A DNA stretch of 64,000 nt from the NCBI RefSeq assembly GCF_016925535.1, contig NZ_CP070496.1, positions 3,694,257 to 3,758,256 of the forward strand. Direction: 5' to 3'. Source of the stretch: Natronoglycomyces albus. GTDB taxonomy: Bacteria; Actinomycetota; Actinomycetes; Mycobacteriales; Micromonosporaceae. Both the position numbers and the translations under genes were made by a program. Below, piece after piece: positions 38,764 through 49,058 of the stretch. A model generated the notes under the pieces. The model was given only the letters and a program-made list of their open reading frames with translations, was not told the origin of the DNA and ran no database searches. Position 1 is the stretch's first letter; every line of letters starts with the position of its first letter.

Positions 38764-40020
38764 TTACTTCTTGGGCTCGATGACTTCTTTGCCCACATAC
38801 GGCTGGAGCGCGCGCGGAACATAGACCGAGCCGTCGCTTTGCTGGTGGTTCTCCAACAGCGCCACGATCCAGCGGGTCGTGGCGAGGGTTCCATTCAGCG
38901 TCGCGGCCACGGCGTTCTTGCCGTTGGTGTCGCGGTACTTGATGTTGAGGCGGCGGGCCTGGAAGGTCGTACAGTTCGACGTCGAGGTCAGCTCGCGGTA
39001 GCGGCCTTGGCTGGGCACCCAGCCTTCACAGTCGAACTTACGAGCGGCCGAGGTACCCAAATCGCCAGCGGCCACGTCGATGACCCGGTAGGGAAGCTCC
39101 ATCTTGGCCATCATCTGTTCTTCCATGTCCAGCAGGCGCAGATGCTCGGCCTCGGCGGTCTCGGGAGTGCAGAAGACGAACATTTCGACCTTGTCGAACT
39201 GGTGCACGCGGATGATGCCGCGCGTGTCCTTGCCGTAGGAGCCAGCTTCGCGGCGGAAGCACGAGGACCATCCGGCGTAGCGCAGTGGCTGGTCCAGCTC
39301 CAGTTTCTCTCCGGAGTGGTAGGAGGCCAAGGGAACTTCGGACGTTCCGACCAAGTAGGCGTCATCGCGTTCCAGGTAATAGATCTCATCGGCGTGTTCG
39401 CCGAGGAACCCGGTGCCCTCCATCGCCTCGGGCCGCACCAGTACCGGCGGGATGACGGGAGTGAATCCGTTGGCCACCGCTTGTTGCATACCCAGTTGGA
39501 GCATGCCTAGCTGTAGGAGCGCCCCATCGCCGACCAGGTAATAGAAGCGGGAGCCCGAGGTCTTCGCGCCCCGCTCGATGTCAATGATGCCCAGCGACTC
39601 GGCCAACTCCAGGTGGTCGCGGCACGGGTCGGGCTTGGTAACCTCGCCGACTTCCCGGATGAGGCGAAAGTCTTCTTCGCCTCCGGCGGGAGCTTGGGGG
39701 GAAACCAGGTTGGGGATGGCTTTGTGCGCGGCTTCGAACGCCTCGGCGGCGGCGCTGACTTTTCCTTCAGCCGCTTTCACCTCCGCGGCTAGGGCCTTAG
39801 TGCGCTCCAGCAGCTGTTGTTTTTGCTCACCTTGGGCTTGCGCCACCTGCTTGCCCATGGCCTTTTGCTCGGCGCGCAGGCTTTCGAATGACTGCAAGGC
39901 GCTGCGGTGTTCGGAGTCGGACGACAGCAGCTGGTCGACGACGTCGGAGGAGGCACGCCGCTTTTGCATGCTCTCGCGAAACAGTTCCGGGTTCTCACGC
40001 AATACTCGCAGGTCAATCAC
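38764..40020 (-). CDS. serS: seryl-tRNA synthetase
   Basis: The GTG start was set at [14 protein letters not shown]. It has an N-terminal coiled-coil, class II motifs (…FRREAGS…[12 protein letters not shown]…) and the anticodon-independent SerRS architecture. Confidence 0.95.
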   Translation of the reverse strand: MIDLRVLRENPELFRESMQKRRASSDVVDQLLSSDSEHRSALQSFESLRAEQKAMGKQVAQAQGEQKQQLLERTKALAAEVKAAEGKVSAAAEAFEAAHKAIPNLVSPQAPAGGEEDFRLIREVGEVTKPDPCRDHLELAESLGIIDIERGAKTSGSRFYYLVGDGALLQLGMLQLGMQQAVANGFTPVIPPVLVRPEAMEGTGFLGEHADEIYYLERDDAYLVGTSEVPLASYHSGEKLELDQPLRYAGWSSCFRREAGSYGKDTRGIIRVHQFDKVEMFVFCTPETAEAEHLRLLDMEEQMMAKMELPYRVIDVAAGDLGTSAARKFDCEGWVPSQGRYRELTSTSNCTTFQARRLNIKYRDTNGKNAVAATLNGTLATTRWIVALLENHQQSDGSVYVPRALQPYVGKEVIEPKK

Positions 40021-40155
40021 GCCCACTAGGTTACTCCCGGCCGGGGGCGCGAACGCATAGAGGTCGAACGACCACCACGCTGGCACGGCAAGCCTTTTCT
40101 GTCTGGCCGTGCCCGGTGGGTGACAGGGGCGGCCAGCAACATCTAGGGTGGCGGT

Positions 40156-40509
40156 GTGGTTGTGGACATGAGCGAGAACGACTTCGAGCGCGCCGTGGAA
40201 GACGCGCTCGATTCGGTGCCGCAAGGCCTGCTGAACATGATGGACAACGTCGTCGTCCTGGTTCAAGACGAGCCCGAGGGCCCGGAGAAGAACCTATTGG
40301 GTCTCTACGAGGGGACGGCCCTGACCGACCGGGGGCCCGAATACGGAGGCGTTTTGCCCGACACCATCACCATATTCAGGTACCCGACCCTGCGGGCCTG
40401 CTCGACGCCCGAGCAGGTGGTGCAGGAAGTGGCGATTACGGTCGTGCACGAGATCGCTCATCACTTCGGGATCGAGGAAGAGCGACTGCACCAGCTGGGC
40501 TGGGGCTAA
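40156..40509 (+). CDS. small putative Zn-metallopeptidase-like protein (HExxH: [10 protein letters not shown])
   Basis: It is 117 aa, acidic, with a single HEIAHH motif. It fits the metallopeptidase family protein annotation class. Confidence 0.55.
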   Translation: MVVDMSENDFERAVEDALDSVPQGLLNMMDNVVVLVQDEPEGPEKNLLGLYEGTALTDRGPEYGGVLPDTITIFRYPTLRACSTPEQVVQEVAITVVHEIAHHFGIEEERLHQLGWG

Positions 40510-41912
40510 CGGCTCGCGGCGTCCAGCTCAACCTGCCGCGCCGTCTCCGGCGCGGGAGCGACCGAGCTGTTCTCTAGTGCGCGGTTTGTAGACGGGACCT
40601 CGGCGGGTTCTAGCTGCGTGCCTTGGGCGCTGTCGCTGGCTAGGATTTCCGTGATCGCCTCGTCCACCGACTCGTCGGCCCGCACGGCGCGGCGCAGGAA
40701 CGGAATGAAACCGGCGACGACGAGCAGCCCGACCGCGCCCATGGTCATGTAGATCGCGCCGGGAGACATGATCGACTCCAGCAGGCCACCGAACATGAAC
40801 CCAATGACAATGGCGGCGTTGAGGATGGCACCGGCGCGGGCGGAGGCCATGCCGCGCGATTCATCGTCGACCCGGCGCACGATCGCAATTGACATCGCGG
40901 CGTTGAGTCCGGCGTTGAACGCGCCTCCGATGATCATGAACGGGATCAGAGCGAAGATGGTCGACCAAGGCAGGCCCAGCAGGATCAGCGTCAGGCAGGA
41001 CCCGGCGATAATCCCAAAGTGTGCGTAGGTGACGTGACCGTCGCGGGAGAGCTTGCCGAGTACTCCGGCGAACACCGTGGCGGCGATGGCCATGGATACC
41101 GTCCAGTTCAGGCCGAGTAGGCCGTACATGGCTTCGCTGGCTCCGTAGGTTTCCCGGACCAGGAAGACCTCGGCGACATTGACCGCGCAGATGATGCCCA
41201 GGGCCGCCGCCGCGCCGATCACGGTGATGAAGAGTAGGCGGTCTCCGCGCAAGGTCCACGGGGCTGTCTTCGTACCGGCGGTGGCCACGGCCCGGCGGAC
41301 GCCTCCGCGCCGGGTCCGGATGCACAGGGACAACAGTGCGCGGAGCAGCGATGCCGCCACCGCGATGTATAGCGCGCCGGTTAGGCCCGCGTACCCCATG
41401 ATCAGGCCCGCGACTGGCGGCCCGGTCATAATGCCCAGCACGCTCGCGCTCTGGTTGAACCCGATGGCCTTAGCCGTGTCGGCGGGGTTGGTCATCCGAG
41501 GAATGAGCGCCGAGGACACCGGAGCAGCCAGAGCCATGCCGCAGGCGGCCACGGTTGCTGCCACGACCATCAGCTCGGGGCTCTCGGCGCGGGTCATTGC
41601 CGCGACGGCGACGGTTTGCAGGATCGCGCTACCGAAGAGGAGCGTCCGGCTGTCGAAGCGGTCGGCCATGCGGCCGGTGATGGGGCTGAGGACCGCGATG
41701 GGCAGTGAGGTGGCGATGATGACGGCCGCGACGGCGAAGCCACCGTAGCCGTTGCCCTGCATGTGAAGCACGAGGGCGAATTGGGTGATGAAGGTGGTGA
41801 CGGCGGCGGTGAAGCTGCATAGGGCGATGGTGGATACGTCGGCCCAGTTGGTGGGGTTCTCGTCGGTGGTGGCGGTCCAAGCGGGGACGGTGCGCTCATT
41901 TGTGAAAGACAT
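40506..41912 (-). CDS. MFS transporter
   Basis: It has 12-14 hydrophobic helices and an MFS-type loop motif (…GRMADRFDSR…). Confidence 0.85.
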   Translation of the reverse strand: MSFTNERTVPAWTATTDENPTNWADVSTIALCSFTAAVTTFITQFALVLHMQGNGYGGFAVAAVIIATSLPIAVLSPITGRMADRFDSRTLLFGSAILQTVAVAAMTRAESPELMVVAATVAACGMALAAPVSSALIPRMTNPADTAKAIGFNQSASVLGIMTGPPVAGLIMGYAGLTGALYIAVAASLLRALLSLCIRTRRGGVRRAVATAGTKTAPWTLRGDRLLFITVIGAAAALGIICAVNVAEVFLVRETYGASEAMYGLLGLNWTVSMAIAATVFAGVLGKLSRDGHVTYAHFGIIAGSCLTLILLGLPWSTIFALIPFMIIGGAFNAGLNAAMSIAIVRRVDDESRGMASARAGAILNAAIVIGFMFGGLLESIMSPGAIYMTMGAVGLLVVAGFIPFLRRAVRADESVDEAITEILASDSAQGTQLEPAEVPSTNRALENSSVAPAPETARQVELDAASR

Positions 41913-41935
41913 GTTTCGAAGTTATCACTTCATAT

Positions 41936-42820
41936 CTAGATATGAAAGAGCTTTTTCAGATTTTTCGAAAAAATCTTTGCCCCTTGCACTACCTCGGACA
42001 CGAAGAAGCCCGCCCCATCAGGGGCGGGCCTGTAACCTAAGCGAGAGTTCGCGAAACCGTTTCCTAATGATCCGCTCCCGGGACCCGACTCTGGCGAAAC
42101 GTCATCCGGGCCAATCTCAGGAAACATCCGCATCTGAAACACAACCGTGCGAACTTGTTCGCCATTAATCTCCTCCACCTCGGGGTGTTCCTTGCGATAG
42201 GAGCGGATGACATCGTGCAGGCGGTTCTGCAGTTCTTCGAATTCGCTCGGAGTCATGCGTATGCGACCGCTAGTGAACATCGCCCACTTTCGCAGCTGCC
42301 CGGCACTGGACCTGATGGCAAGGAACCGCTGTAGGTTGCTCTCAACCTGGGCATTGAAGGCATTGGTCACAGCCGCTTCGGCCTCGAAGTGGCTCGGCGG
42401 GGCGTCGTCATCGGCGGCAACGGTCAATGGGCGACCCCGCTTCAGTCGCCACACTCGCTCCCGGCCGTCGCCCCTGCCGGCGGTTTCTTCCAAGAGATCC
42501 GCCTTGGCCATCGTGCGCAGGTGGTAGCTCATGGCGCTGGGAGTGAGCCCGGTGTGCTCGGCCAGCTCAGTGGCTGTCGCCCCGTGCTTGCCCACGGCGG
42601 CCTGCGAGGCCAGGAAGTCGAACACCCCGATGCGAGCCGGGTGGGCGAGGACCCGCATGAACGCCGGGTCGGATACCCGCTTGTTCTCGCTCAAAGGCGG
42701 AGGGGGAGCACTAGCCGGGGCCGCGTCCGGCGGCCTGGGCGGATCCGGAGGATTGGGCGGAGTCACTTCAGAGGGAGGCGGCTCCGGGGCCGAAAATTCC
42801 GAAGTTTTTCTTTCAGACAT
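41936..42820 (-). CDS. ArsR-family wHTH transcriptional regulator with Pro-rich N-terminal extension
   Basis: It has an HTH (…ATELAEHTGLTPSAMSYHLRTMAKADLLEE). It lies immediately upstream of the MFS gene on the same strand. The start may be the internal MRVLAHP. Confidence 0.65.
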   Translation of the reverse strand: MSERKTSEFSAPEPPPSEVTPPNPPDPPRPPDAAPASAPPPPLSENKRVSDPAFMRVLAHPARIGVFDFLASQAAVGKHGATATELAEHTGLTPSAMSYHLRTMAKADLLEETAGRGDGRERVWRLKRGRPLTVAADDDAPPSHFEAEAAVTNAFNAQVESNLQRFLAIRSSAGQLRKWAMFTSGRIRMTPSEFEELQNRLHDVIRSYRKEHPEVEEINGEQVRTVVFQMRMFPEIGPDDVSPESGPGSGSLGNGFANSRLGYRPAPDGAGFFVSEVVQGAKIFSKNLKKLFHI

Positions 42821-42852
42821 GACTCAAGGTAATCATGCTCGTAGCGCTTTGG

Positions 42853-43722
42853 CTAGGGCATATTCGAAAAATGTGGATAGGACCCCAAGTAGCGCACCTC
42901 AGAGGACACCGACTTCAGGCCCTTGAGCGCCTGAGAGACCGGCTCGTCATTCACATGCCCGGCGCAGTCGAGGAAGAACACATAACGCCCTAGTTTCTGG
43001 CCGGTCGGGCGCGACTCGATCTTGGTGAGGTTCACGTCGCGAGCGGCGAACTCATTGAGCACCACCATCAGCGCCCCGACCTGATCATGACGCAAGTAGA
43101 CGGCCACCGAAGTCAGGTCGTCACCAGTGGGCGCTGGCGGGTCGGTCGGTTTCGTGATGTGGACGAACCGGGTGGCCGCGTGCGGGCTGTCCCCGATATC
43201 GCGGGCCCGCGCGGGCAAGCCCGCGGCCTCGGCGGTGAAGGGTGCGCACACACAGGCGTCGACCTCCCCGCGCGCCACCGCCTCAGCCCCCGCCGCCGTG
43301 GAGAGGGCCTGCACGGTGCGCGCGTGTGGAAGGTGTGAACGCATCCAACCACGCACTTGGGCCAGAGCATGCGGATGCGATGCGACGGTCGTGATCTCGC
43401 CCAACCGCTTATGGGAGGCCAGCACGAACGACACCGGCAAAATCACTTCGGCGGTGATAACCAAGGGCTCCCCCCGGACCAGCTCATCAACGGTGACGTT
43501 GACCGTGCCTTCCTGGGAATTCTCCATCGGCACAAAGCCACCATCGACCTGCCCGCGCCGCAGCGCCTCGACCACTTCGGGCACGCTAGCCATCGGCACG
43601 GTCTCAACGTCGTCAACGCCGGGGAGGCAACGCAAAGCAGCCTCAGTGAAGGTGCCGGTGGGGCCAAGGAACGCCAGTCGGCCCGGGGAAGACGATCCGC
43701 TGGCCGCTTCAGAGATTGACAT
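42853..43722 (-). CDS. pheA: prephenate dehydratase
   Basis: It has a PDT domain (LAFLGPTGTFTEAA…VPMENSQEGTV) and a C-terminal ACT domain (…FFLDCAGH…). The start was set at MSISEAA. Confidence 0.9.
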   Translation of the reverse strand: MSISEAASGSSSPGRLAFLGPTGTFTEAALRCLPGVDDVETVPMASVPEVVEALRRGQVDGGFVPMENSQEGTVNVTVDELVRGEPLVITAEVILPVSFVLASHKRLGEITTVASHPHALAQVRGWMRSHLPHARTVQALSTAAGAEAVARGEVDACVCAPFTAEAAGLPARARDIGDSPHAATRFVHITKPTDPPAPTGDDLTSVAVYLRHDQVGALMVVLNEFAARDVNLTKIESRPTGQKLGRYVFFLDCAGHVNDEPVSQALKGLKSVSSEVRYLGSYPHFSNMP

Positions 43723-44013
43723 TCCCCAACGGTACCCACGCAGGCAAAAGGCTCTGCAACTGAGACACACCACGATCCATTTTCCGCAACCGGCAGATCA
43801 AAGACCGACAATGCGGCGCTGCTTGGCGATGGAGGGGGACCGAACGGCTGCGCACGGCGCGGCGACTGGGACCCACGTCTCAATCAGACCCCGGCTCCGG
43901 CGCGCGCTCCCGCGTCACGTATGCTCTTTTAGGCCGCCAGCGGAAAGCAGCGGTGGCCAGCCCAATCAAAAACATTTCGATCTTTTACCGGTCGTGTGCC
44001 AATATGATTGAGC

Positions 44014-44086
44014 GCCCCCATCGTCTAGAGGCCTAGGACGCCGCCCTTTCAAGGCGGTAACACGGGTTCGAATCCCGTTGGGGGTA
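44014..44086 (+). tRNA. tRNA-Glu (anticodon TTC)
   Basis: The GCCCCCATCGTCTAGAGGCCTAGGACGCCGCCCTTTCAAGGCGG… cloverleaf was read directly. The anticodon loop is cuUUCaa. Confidence 0.9.
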
Positions 44087-44176
44087 CTAGCTAGGACGCG
44101 AGACTGGTCACAGAATCGCTCCTGGTATAACTAAGGAGGCTTTTCGGAGCCGACTTAAAAACTGAATGACCTACAA

Positions 44177-44251
44177 GGTCCCGTGGAGCAGTATGGAGTG
44201 CTCGCCGCCCTGTCAAGGCGGAGGTCGCGGGTTCAAATCCCGTCGGGACCG
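44177..44251 (+). tRNA. tRNA-Asp (anticodon GTC)
   Basis: The sequence GGTCCCGTGGAGCAGTATGG…CCTGTCAAGG…GGTTCAAATCCCGTCGGGACCG was read directly. It is followed by a terminator hairpin AGACCCCCTGG-ttaa-CCAGGGGGTCT. Confidence 0.9.
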
Positions 44252-44449
44252 CAACTAAGACCCCCTGGTTAACCAGGGGGTCTATTGCTTTTCATCTTGC
44301 TCTATTAATCCATCATGGATGGACGTTTCACGCAGGGGGCCAGAAGGGGGGCCAAGGTGGCTCTTAACGCTCCCGGCCCGCACATCTATGCGTCCTCAGC
44401 TTCGGCTGGGGATTTTGCGTTTCCGGGCGGGGTTTGAACAACAACACAG

Positions 44450-44469
44450 CAAATCCCGTCGGGACCGCA
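44450..44469 (+). repeat. 20-bp perfect direct repeat of the tRNA-Asp 3' end (CAAATCCCGTCGGGACCGCA), att-like scar
   Basis: It is identical to 44234-44253. Flanking similarity continues imperfectly (aaaaccccctgataaaccagg versus aagaccccctggttaaccagg). Confidence 0.6.
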
Positions 44470-44624
44470 GATAAAACCCCCTGATAAACCAGGCAGCTGT
44501 TGCCCTTCATAGCGCCCAAAACAAGGTGCGGTCGTCACCGCCGCGAACTAGAGTTTGTGACAAAACCAGACTTTCGCCAGCTAAAGATCCAGCGGCACTG
44601 GAAACCCCTCGGCACCTCTACTCG

Positions 44625-45395
44625 ATGCGCACAGCGTCAGTCTGCTTGGCGAACGTCCAACGGCATGACCCGAATCTGAGAGGCGGACCCTTGTCAATCC
44701 ACCGCGATACGGCCTATCACGGCGACTTCGGGGATGCTTTTGCCGCGCACGCCGAGGCCGGACCATACAACGCTCATATCGATCGACCCGCCATGATTTC
44801 CCTGGCCGGAGACGTCAAGGATGCCCGCATTCTGGACGTTGGTTGCGGGGCGGGGCACTATGCGGCCGCCCTGTCGGCTCGCGGAGCAACCGTGCTCGGA
44901 GTAGACGGCAGCGAATCGCTGCTTTCGCACGCCCGCGCCCGCACGGGAAACGAGGTCGAACTTCGACGACATGACTTGGAGAGGCCGTTTGAGTTCCTCG
45001 AGGACTCAACGTTCGACATGGTGCTATGTGCCCTGGTGTATCACCACGTCCGGGCCCGAAAACAACTTTTGGCGGAGTTCTTCCGAGTATTGCGTCCCGG
45101 CGGATCGCTGCTGATGTCAACAACGCACCCGGCGGCGGACTGGAAACACTTCGGTGACTCATATTTTTCTCACCAGTGGGTTGACCTGGCTTTCGCGGAG
45201 GGAAAGTATGCGCTGCACTTCCAACGGATGACCTTCGAGACGTGGTTTGGGGAACTCCTGGGAGCCGGGTTCGCCCTCGAAGAACTCACCGAGCCGCGCC
45301 CCACCGCCTCCCTGCGAGACCAGGACCCGGCGGCCTTCGAGAAACTCAACCAACGACCTTCGTTCGTGGCGGCCCGCTTCCGCCGCCCAAGCTAG
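44625..45395 (+). CDS. class I SAM-dependent methyltransferase
   Basis: It has motif I ILDVGCGAGHYAAAL and the post-I acidic residue, and is MTase_11/25-like. The start is uncertain (the track ORF begins at 44526). Confidence 0.75.
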   Translation: MRTASVCLANVQRHDPNLRGGPLSIHRDTAYHGDFGDAFAAHAEAGPYNAHIDRPAMISLAGDVKDARILDVGCGAGHYAAALSARGATVLGVDGSESLLSHARARTGNEVELRRHDLERPFEFLEDSTFDMVLCALVYHHVRARKQLLAEFFRVLRPGGSLLMSTTHPAADWKHFGDSYFSHQWVDLAFAEGKYALHFQRMTFETWFGELLGAGFALEELTEPRPTASLRDQDPAAFEKLNQRPSFVAARFRRPS

Positions 45396-45454
45396 AGCCA
45401 CATCGTTGAGTCACCGTTAGCGACTGGCAGCCTGCGGTCTCGCCGCCGGTGAGG

Positions 45455-46003
45455 CTACGCCGCGAGGTCTTCCCATGCGAAGGTCGTGGTCGTTCCGGTC
45501 TCCCAATCGCGGCGCAGGATCGCATACGCCACCGAGGCCAGCGGCGCACCGTTCTCCACCGGCCACGACTGCCGGTAGTGGGCTTCCTTGAGGAACCCCG
45601 CGCGCAGGAAAGTCTTGCGCATCGCGATGTTGTCCTCGCGCGTTTGTCCCTCTAGCCGGTTCACCGTCGGCATCGTGGAGAACACGTGCGCAGTGATCGC
45701 TTTGACAGCCTCCAACCCCAGGCCTGAACCTCGGAATTTCGCAGCCAACCGCAGGTCGAACAGCGGGGTGTCGTCGGTCAGGTCCTCCAGCGCGACCGTT
45801 CCAATGCGACCCTTCTCAACGTGTTCCACCCAATAGGGCGCGTGGTCTTCGTCGTCGTAGACGCCTTGATCGATATTGCCCTCGACCAATTCCCGGCTGG
45901 GATTGGTCCGCACATGGAAGGGGAACTCCTCGCCGCTGAGGAAGTCCACGAACGCGCTCCGGTCACTACCGCGCACCTGGAGCGGAATCAGTTTCACATG
46001 CAT
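45455..46003 (-). CDS. GNAT family N-acetyltransferase (RimJ/RimL-like)
   Basis: It has …RLAAKFRGSGLGLEAVKAITAHVFS…NIAMRKTFLRAGF. Confidence 0.8.
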   Translation of the reverse strand: MHVKLIPLQVRGSDRSAFVDFLSGEEFPFHVRTNPSRELVEGNIDQGVYDDEDHAPYWVEHVEKGRIGTVALEDLTDDTPLFDLRLAAKFRGSGLGLEAVKAITAHVFSTMPTVNRLEGQTREDNIAMRKTFLRAGFLKEAHYRQSWPVENGAPLASVAYAILRRDWETGTTTTFAWEDLAA

Positions 46004-46072
46004 GCGGGAAACGTACCGGTCCGGCCGTGGGGCGACAACTCATTTTCCCTCCCCACGGCCCAACCTGCGGTG

Positions 46073-46543
46073 CTATTTCAGCGGCAACTCACCAACGACT
46101 TGACCGCCGAAAATCTCGCCGGTGACGGTGAAACCCATGCGTACATAGAACTTTTCGGGCCCGACGTCACCTGGCACCCACATAGTCGTCAGCTTCGAAA
46201 AACCACGCCGTTTGGCCTCCTCGATCAAGACTTCCACGGCGAACCGTCCATAGCCTTTTCCCTGCGCATCGGCGGCGACGTTCAGCCGCCATATCCCGCA
46301 TCTGAACAGCTCCATTGGGTTATCTGGATCGAACCCTCCCATCAGAAAGGCGACCGCCTTGTCACCATCGAAAATAAGGCGTGGCCAGGCTGAACTTTGG
46401 TTCGCGTAGGCCTCGGCCAGCGAATGAGCCACCGAGGCGACGACGCCTTCTTGTTCCGGCCGTACCTTGATCGCTAGGGCGGCCTCGACGTTGTCCGGCC
46501 CGATCTCCTCGACGCTCAGCGCCGTATCCATGTATGTCATCAC
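46073..46543 (-). CDS. GNAT family N-acetyltransferase
   Basis: It has …RLNVAADAQGKGYGRFAVEVLIEEAKRRGF…FYVRMGF. Confidence 0.8.
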   Translation of the reverse strand: MMTYMDTALSVEEIGPDNVEAALAIKVRPEQEGVVASVAHSLAEAYANQSSAWPRLIFDGDKAVAFLMGGFDPDNPMELFRCGIWRLNVAADAQGKGYGRFAVEVLIEEAKRRGFSKLTTMWVPGDVGPEKFYVRMGFTVTGEIFGGQVVGELPLK

Positions 46544-46773
46544 TGTTCAAGCGTATGTATTGGCGAGAGAGACGCCCAGAGTCAACATCTACAAGGTTTC
46601 GCGCAGCCGCACCCCAGCCAGTCCACAAAGAATTAAAAGTCAAGCGTCCTTCCGGGTCATCATTCGGGGAAACCAAAGATGCCTTCGATTCACAGGTATT
46701 CGGCGACGGGGAGGCCATTTTCACGATCGTGGACACCGAGGCAGCTAGACCAACGTTTATCCCAGTGCCGCCT

Positions 46774-47928
46774 TCAGTCCAACAAGACCGCGTGGATACG
46801 CGGCAGCGCGTCGGCCAGCGCGAATCGCCAGCAAGGCCAGTTATGTCCACCGTCGCAGTCGGGCTCGGGTGCGCCATACATCCAATAGTGGTGTTCGATT
46901 CCGGCCTCTTCTAGGGCGGTATGCAGCTGTTCGGTTGTCTGGGCGACTACCCATTCGACGACGCCGCTGGCTTCCGCGCCGAGGGCTTCGCCTTGGATGT
47001 CGATTCCGGCCAGGTCGACGTCGCCGGGCCGGAGGCCTTCGCCCGCGTATAGGTTGACCTGCGTGTTTTCAAGCGTTTCTGCTCTCAGCACGGGGTTGTT
47101 CTCGTCCCAGCGTTGTTCTGGCCCGATGAATGGGGTTCCGAAGGAGCCGAACATGGGCATCCCGTGCGATAGCGACTGTTGGGTGATAGTGGCGCGGACG
47201 GCGGCGTTGCTCAAGTCGAGGGCCCCGGAGAAGGAGGAGACCGAGGCGAATAGTTCTGGTCGCTCCTGTGCGTAGTTCACCGCGCCGAATCCACCCATGG
47301 ACAGGCCAGCTATGGCGCGTCCTTGACGTTCGGAGTGGGTGCGCAGGTTGGCCTCGACGAACGGGATTAGCTCGTCAAGGTGGTGGGTCATCCAGTTTTG
47401 CGCGTAGGTTTCTTGGTCGATCCAGTCGGTGTACCAGCCGACTTTTCCGCCTTCGGGCATGACCATGATGAGGTCTTTTTCCGCTTGTTCGACTCGGCCG
47501 TGTTCGTACCAGTTGTGGGCGCGGCCGTCGCCGCCGCCGTGTAGCAGGTACAGGGTCGAATAGTCGTGTTCGGAGGCGGTGTAGCCCTGGGGGAGGGTGA
47601 TGTAGACGCTGAGGCCGCCGAAGGTTGCTTCCGGGTGGATCGACGGGGTGTCGTAGGTGATGCCGAAGGTGCGGTCGCTGTGGCGTTGTACGTCCGTGAC
47701 GGTGATGCCGGGGGTGTCGGTCAGTTCGGGCAGTTCCTCGACCCCGCTGGTTTCGGGGTGGTCTTTGGTGATGGTGGGCTCGTCGCTTCCGGTGGTGCAG
47801 GCGGCCAGGCAGGCCACGGCAGCCAGGATGAGGGCTGTGCCCAGGCGCGCGGGGGCGGGTCGCTGTGGTCGCCTCATATGGGGTGCCTTTCGCGTGAGGG
47901 CGGCAGGGATGCTCTCGGCCAGTTTCAC
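46774..47928 (-). CDS. secreted esterase family protein (PF00756/antigen-85-like alpha/beta hydrolase), probable lipoprotein
   Basis: It has a signal peptide with LAACTTGS. The sequence LYLLHGGGDG…AIAGLSMGGFGA is typical of esterase D/mycolyltransferase-like enzymes. Confidence 0.8.
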   Translation of the reverse strand: MKLAESIPAALTRKAPHMRRPQRPAPARLGTALILAAVACLAACTTGSDEPTITKDHPETSGVEELPELTDTPGITVTDVQRHSDRTFGITYDTPSIHPEATFGGLSVYITLPQGYTASEHDYSTLYLLHGGGDGRAHNWYEHGRVEQAEKDLIMVMPEGGKVGWYTDWIDQETYAQNWMTHHLDELIPFVEANLRTHSERQGRAIAGLSMGGFGAVNYAQERPELFASVSSFSGALDLSNAAVRATITQQSLSHGMPMFGSFGTPFIGPEQRWDENNPVLRAETLENTQVNLYAGEGLRPGDVDLAGIDIQGEALGAEASGVVEWVVAQTTEQLHTALEEAGIEHHYWMYGAPEPDCDGGHNWPCWRFALADALPRIHAVLLD

Positions 47929-48073
47929 GGTAGCGCGCGGCGAGGCAGGTCTCCAGCCGCCGAAAAGCCATGGTGAGGTCTTTCAGCGGCCGGAGACCGC
48001 TCTGAACAGCAATTTCGTTGACCTTGCCGAAAGTCTCCGCTGCTGTCAGGTCTGTGACAGTTCTCGGGATTTG

Positions 48074-48952
48074 CTAGGAGGGGACGAGGAACTGGCGTAC
48101 TTCGGAGATGACTTCGGGGTTGCTGAGGATGCGACGGTGGCCTAGTCCTTCGGTGGCGCGCATGGTCGCGTTGGGCCAGGTTTGGGCGAGGTCGGCGCCG
48201 AAGCGATATGGGTTGGGGCGGTCTCGTTTGTCGTGCACGATGAGCGTGGGTGAGTCCACTTCGAGGTTGAACAGGGAAATCTTGGCGATTTCGGTTCCGG
48301 CGCGTTGTTCGGCCATGGGAATGAGGCGTTCCATGATGCGTGGCCCGGCCGGGACGACGGAGTTGAGTGTTTCGGTGAACGATTCGTATCCGCCCACGAA
48401 GGGCGCCATCATGACCATGGGGATGGTCAGTGGTCCTTCGGTCTCCTCTTGCAGCGCGAGCGCTCCGGTGAGGCAGCCCAGTGAATGGGCGATCATGGCC
48501 TGTGGTGCCCCGAATTTTTGGATGATGGCGCGGGAGGCGTCGTGGATGTGTACGGCGCTGGAGTACCGCTCGCCCCAGGGGCTGGGTCCGGAGTTGCCGT
48601 GGCTGAGGGCGTCGAAGGCGACCACGCGCATGCCGTTGGCGCGCAGGGTGGCGGTGAGGTGTTGGAGGTCGCCGGAGCAGCCGCCCCAGCCGTGGAAGGC
48701 ATAGACCAGTGGCCCGTCGCCCCAGTCGTATCCCCAGATGCTGCCGTCGGGCGTCTCGAGGGTGAAGGTGGTGGCGTCGGCGGGGGCTTCGGCCCGCAGG
48801 CGCGTTTGTGGGGTGCCGGGGAGCTTGAACCACTTGTCGGTGAGGTACTTCGCCGCTGGGGTGGGGGCGATGCGTTCGGCGAGGTTGAACCCGGCTCGAA
48901 TCAACAACGGAGTACGAACGGTCGTGCTTTTCCTAGGGCGGGTGTTGGCCAT
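48074..48952 (-). CDS. alpha/beta hydrolase
   Basis: It has the HGWGG oxyanion region and the nucleophile elbow AHSLG. Confidence 0.8.
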   Translation of the reverse strand: MANTRPRKSTTVRTPLLIRAGFNLAERIAPTPAAKYLTDKWFKLPGTPQTRLRAEAPADATTFTLETPDGSIWGYDWGDGPLVYAFHGWGGCSGDLQHLTATLRANGMRVVAFDALSHGNSGPSPWGERYSSAVHIHDASRAIIQKFGAPQAMIAHSLGCLTGALALQEETEGPLTIPMVMMAPFVGGYESFTETLNSVVPAGPRIMERLIPMAEQRAGTEIAKISLFNLEVDSPTLIVHDKRDRPNPYRFGADLAQTWPNATMRATEGLGHRRILSNPEVISEVRQFLVPS

Positions 48953-49058
48953 TGGTCGTCACCTTTCTGTTTTCTGTGTTCAGGCCGCCCGAATCGGCGC
49001 GCCACGACCGTAGTGCCGAGGAGTCGCGCCCGCCCAGGCCGGCGGGTGAGAAACGTCG

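Noticed and set aside
47375-48833. Arg/Pro/His-rich minus-strand ORFs (198 aa, 302 aa) overlapping the esterase and alpha/beta hydrolase genes
   Set aside because: They are off-frame translations of genes with catalytic motifs (GLSMGG, AHSLG) in the annotated frames.
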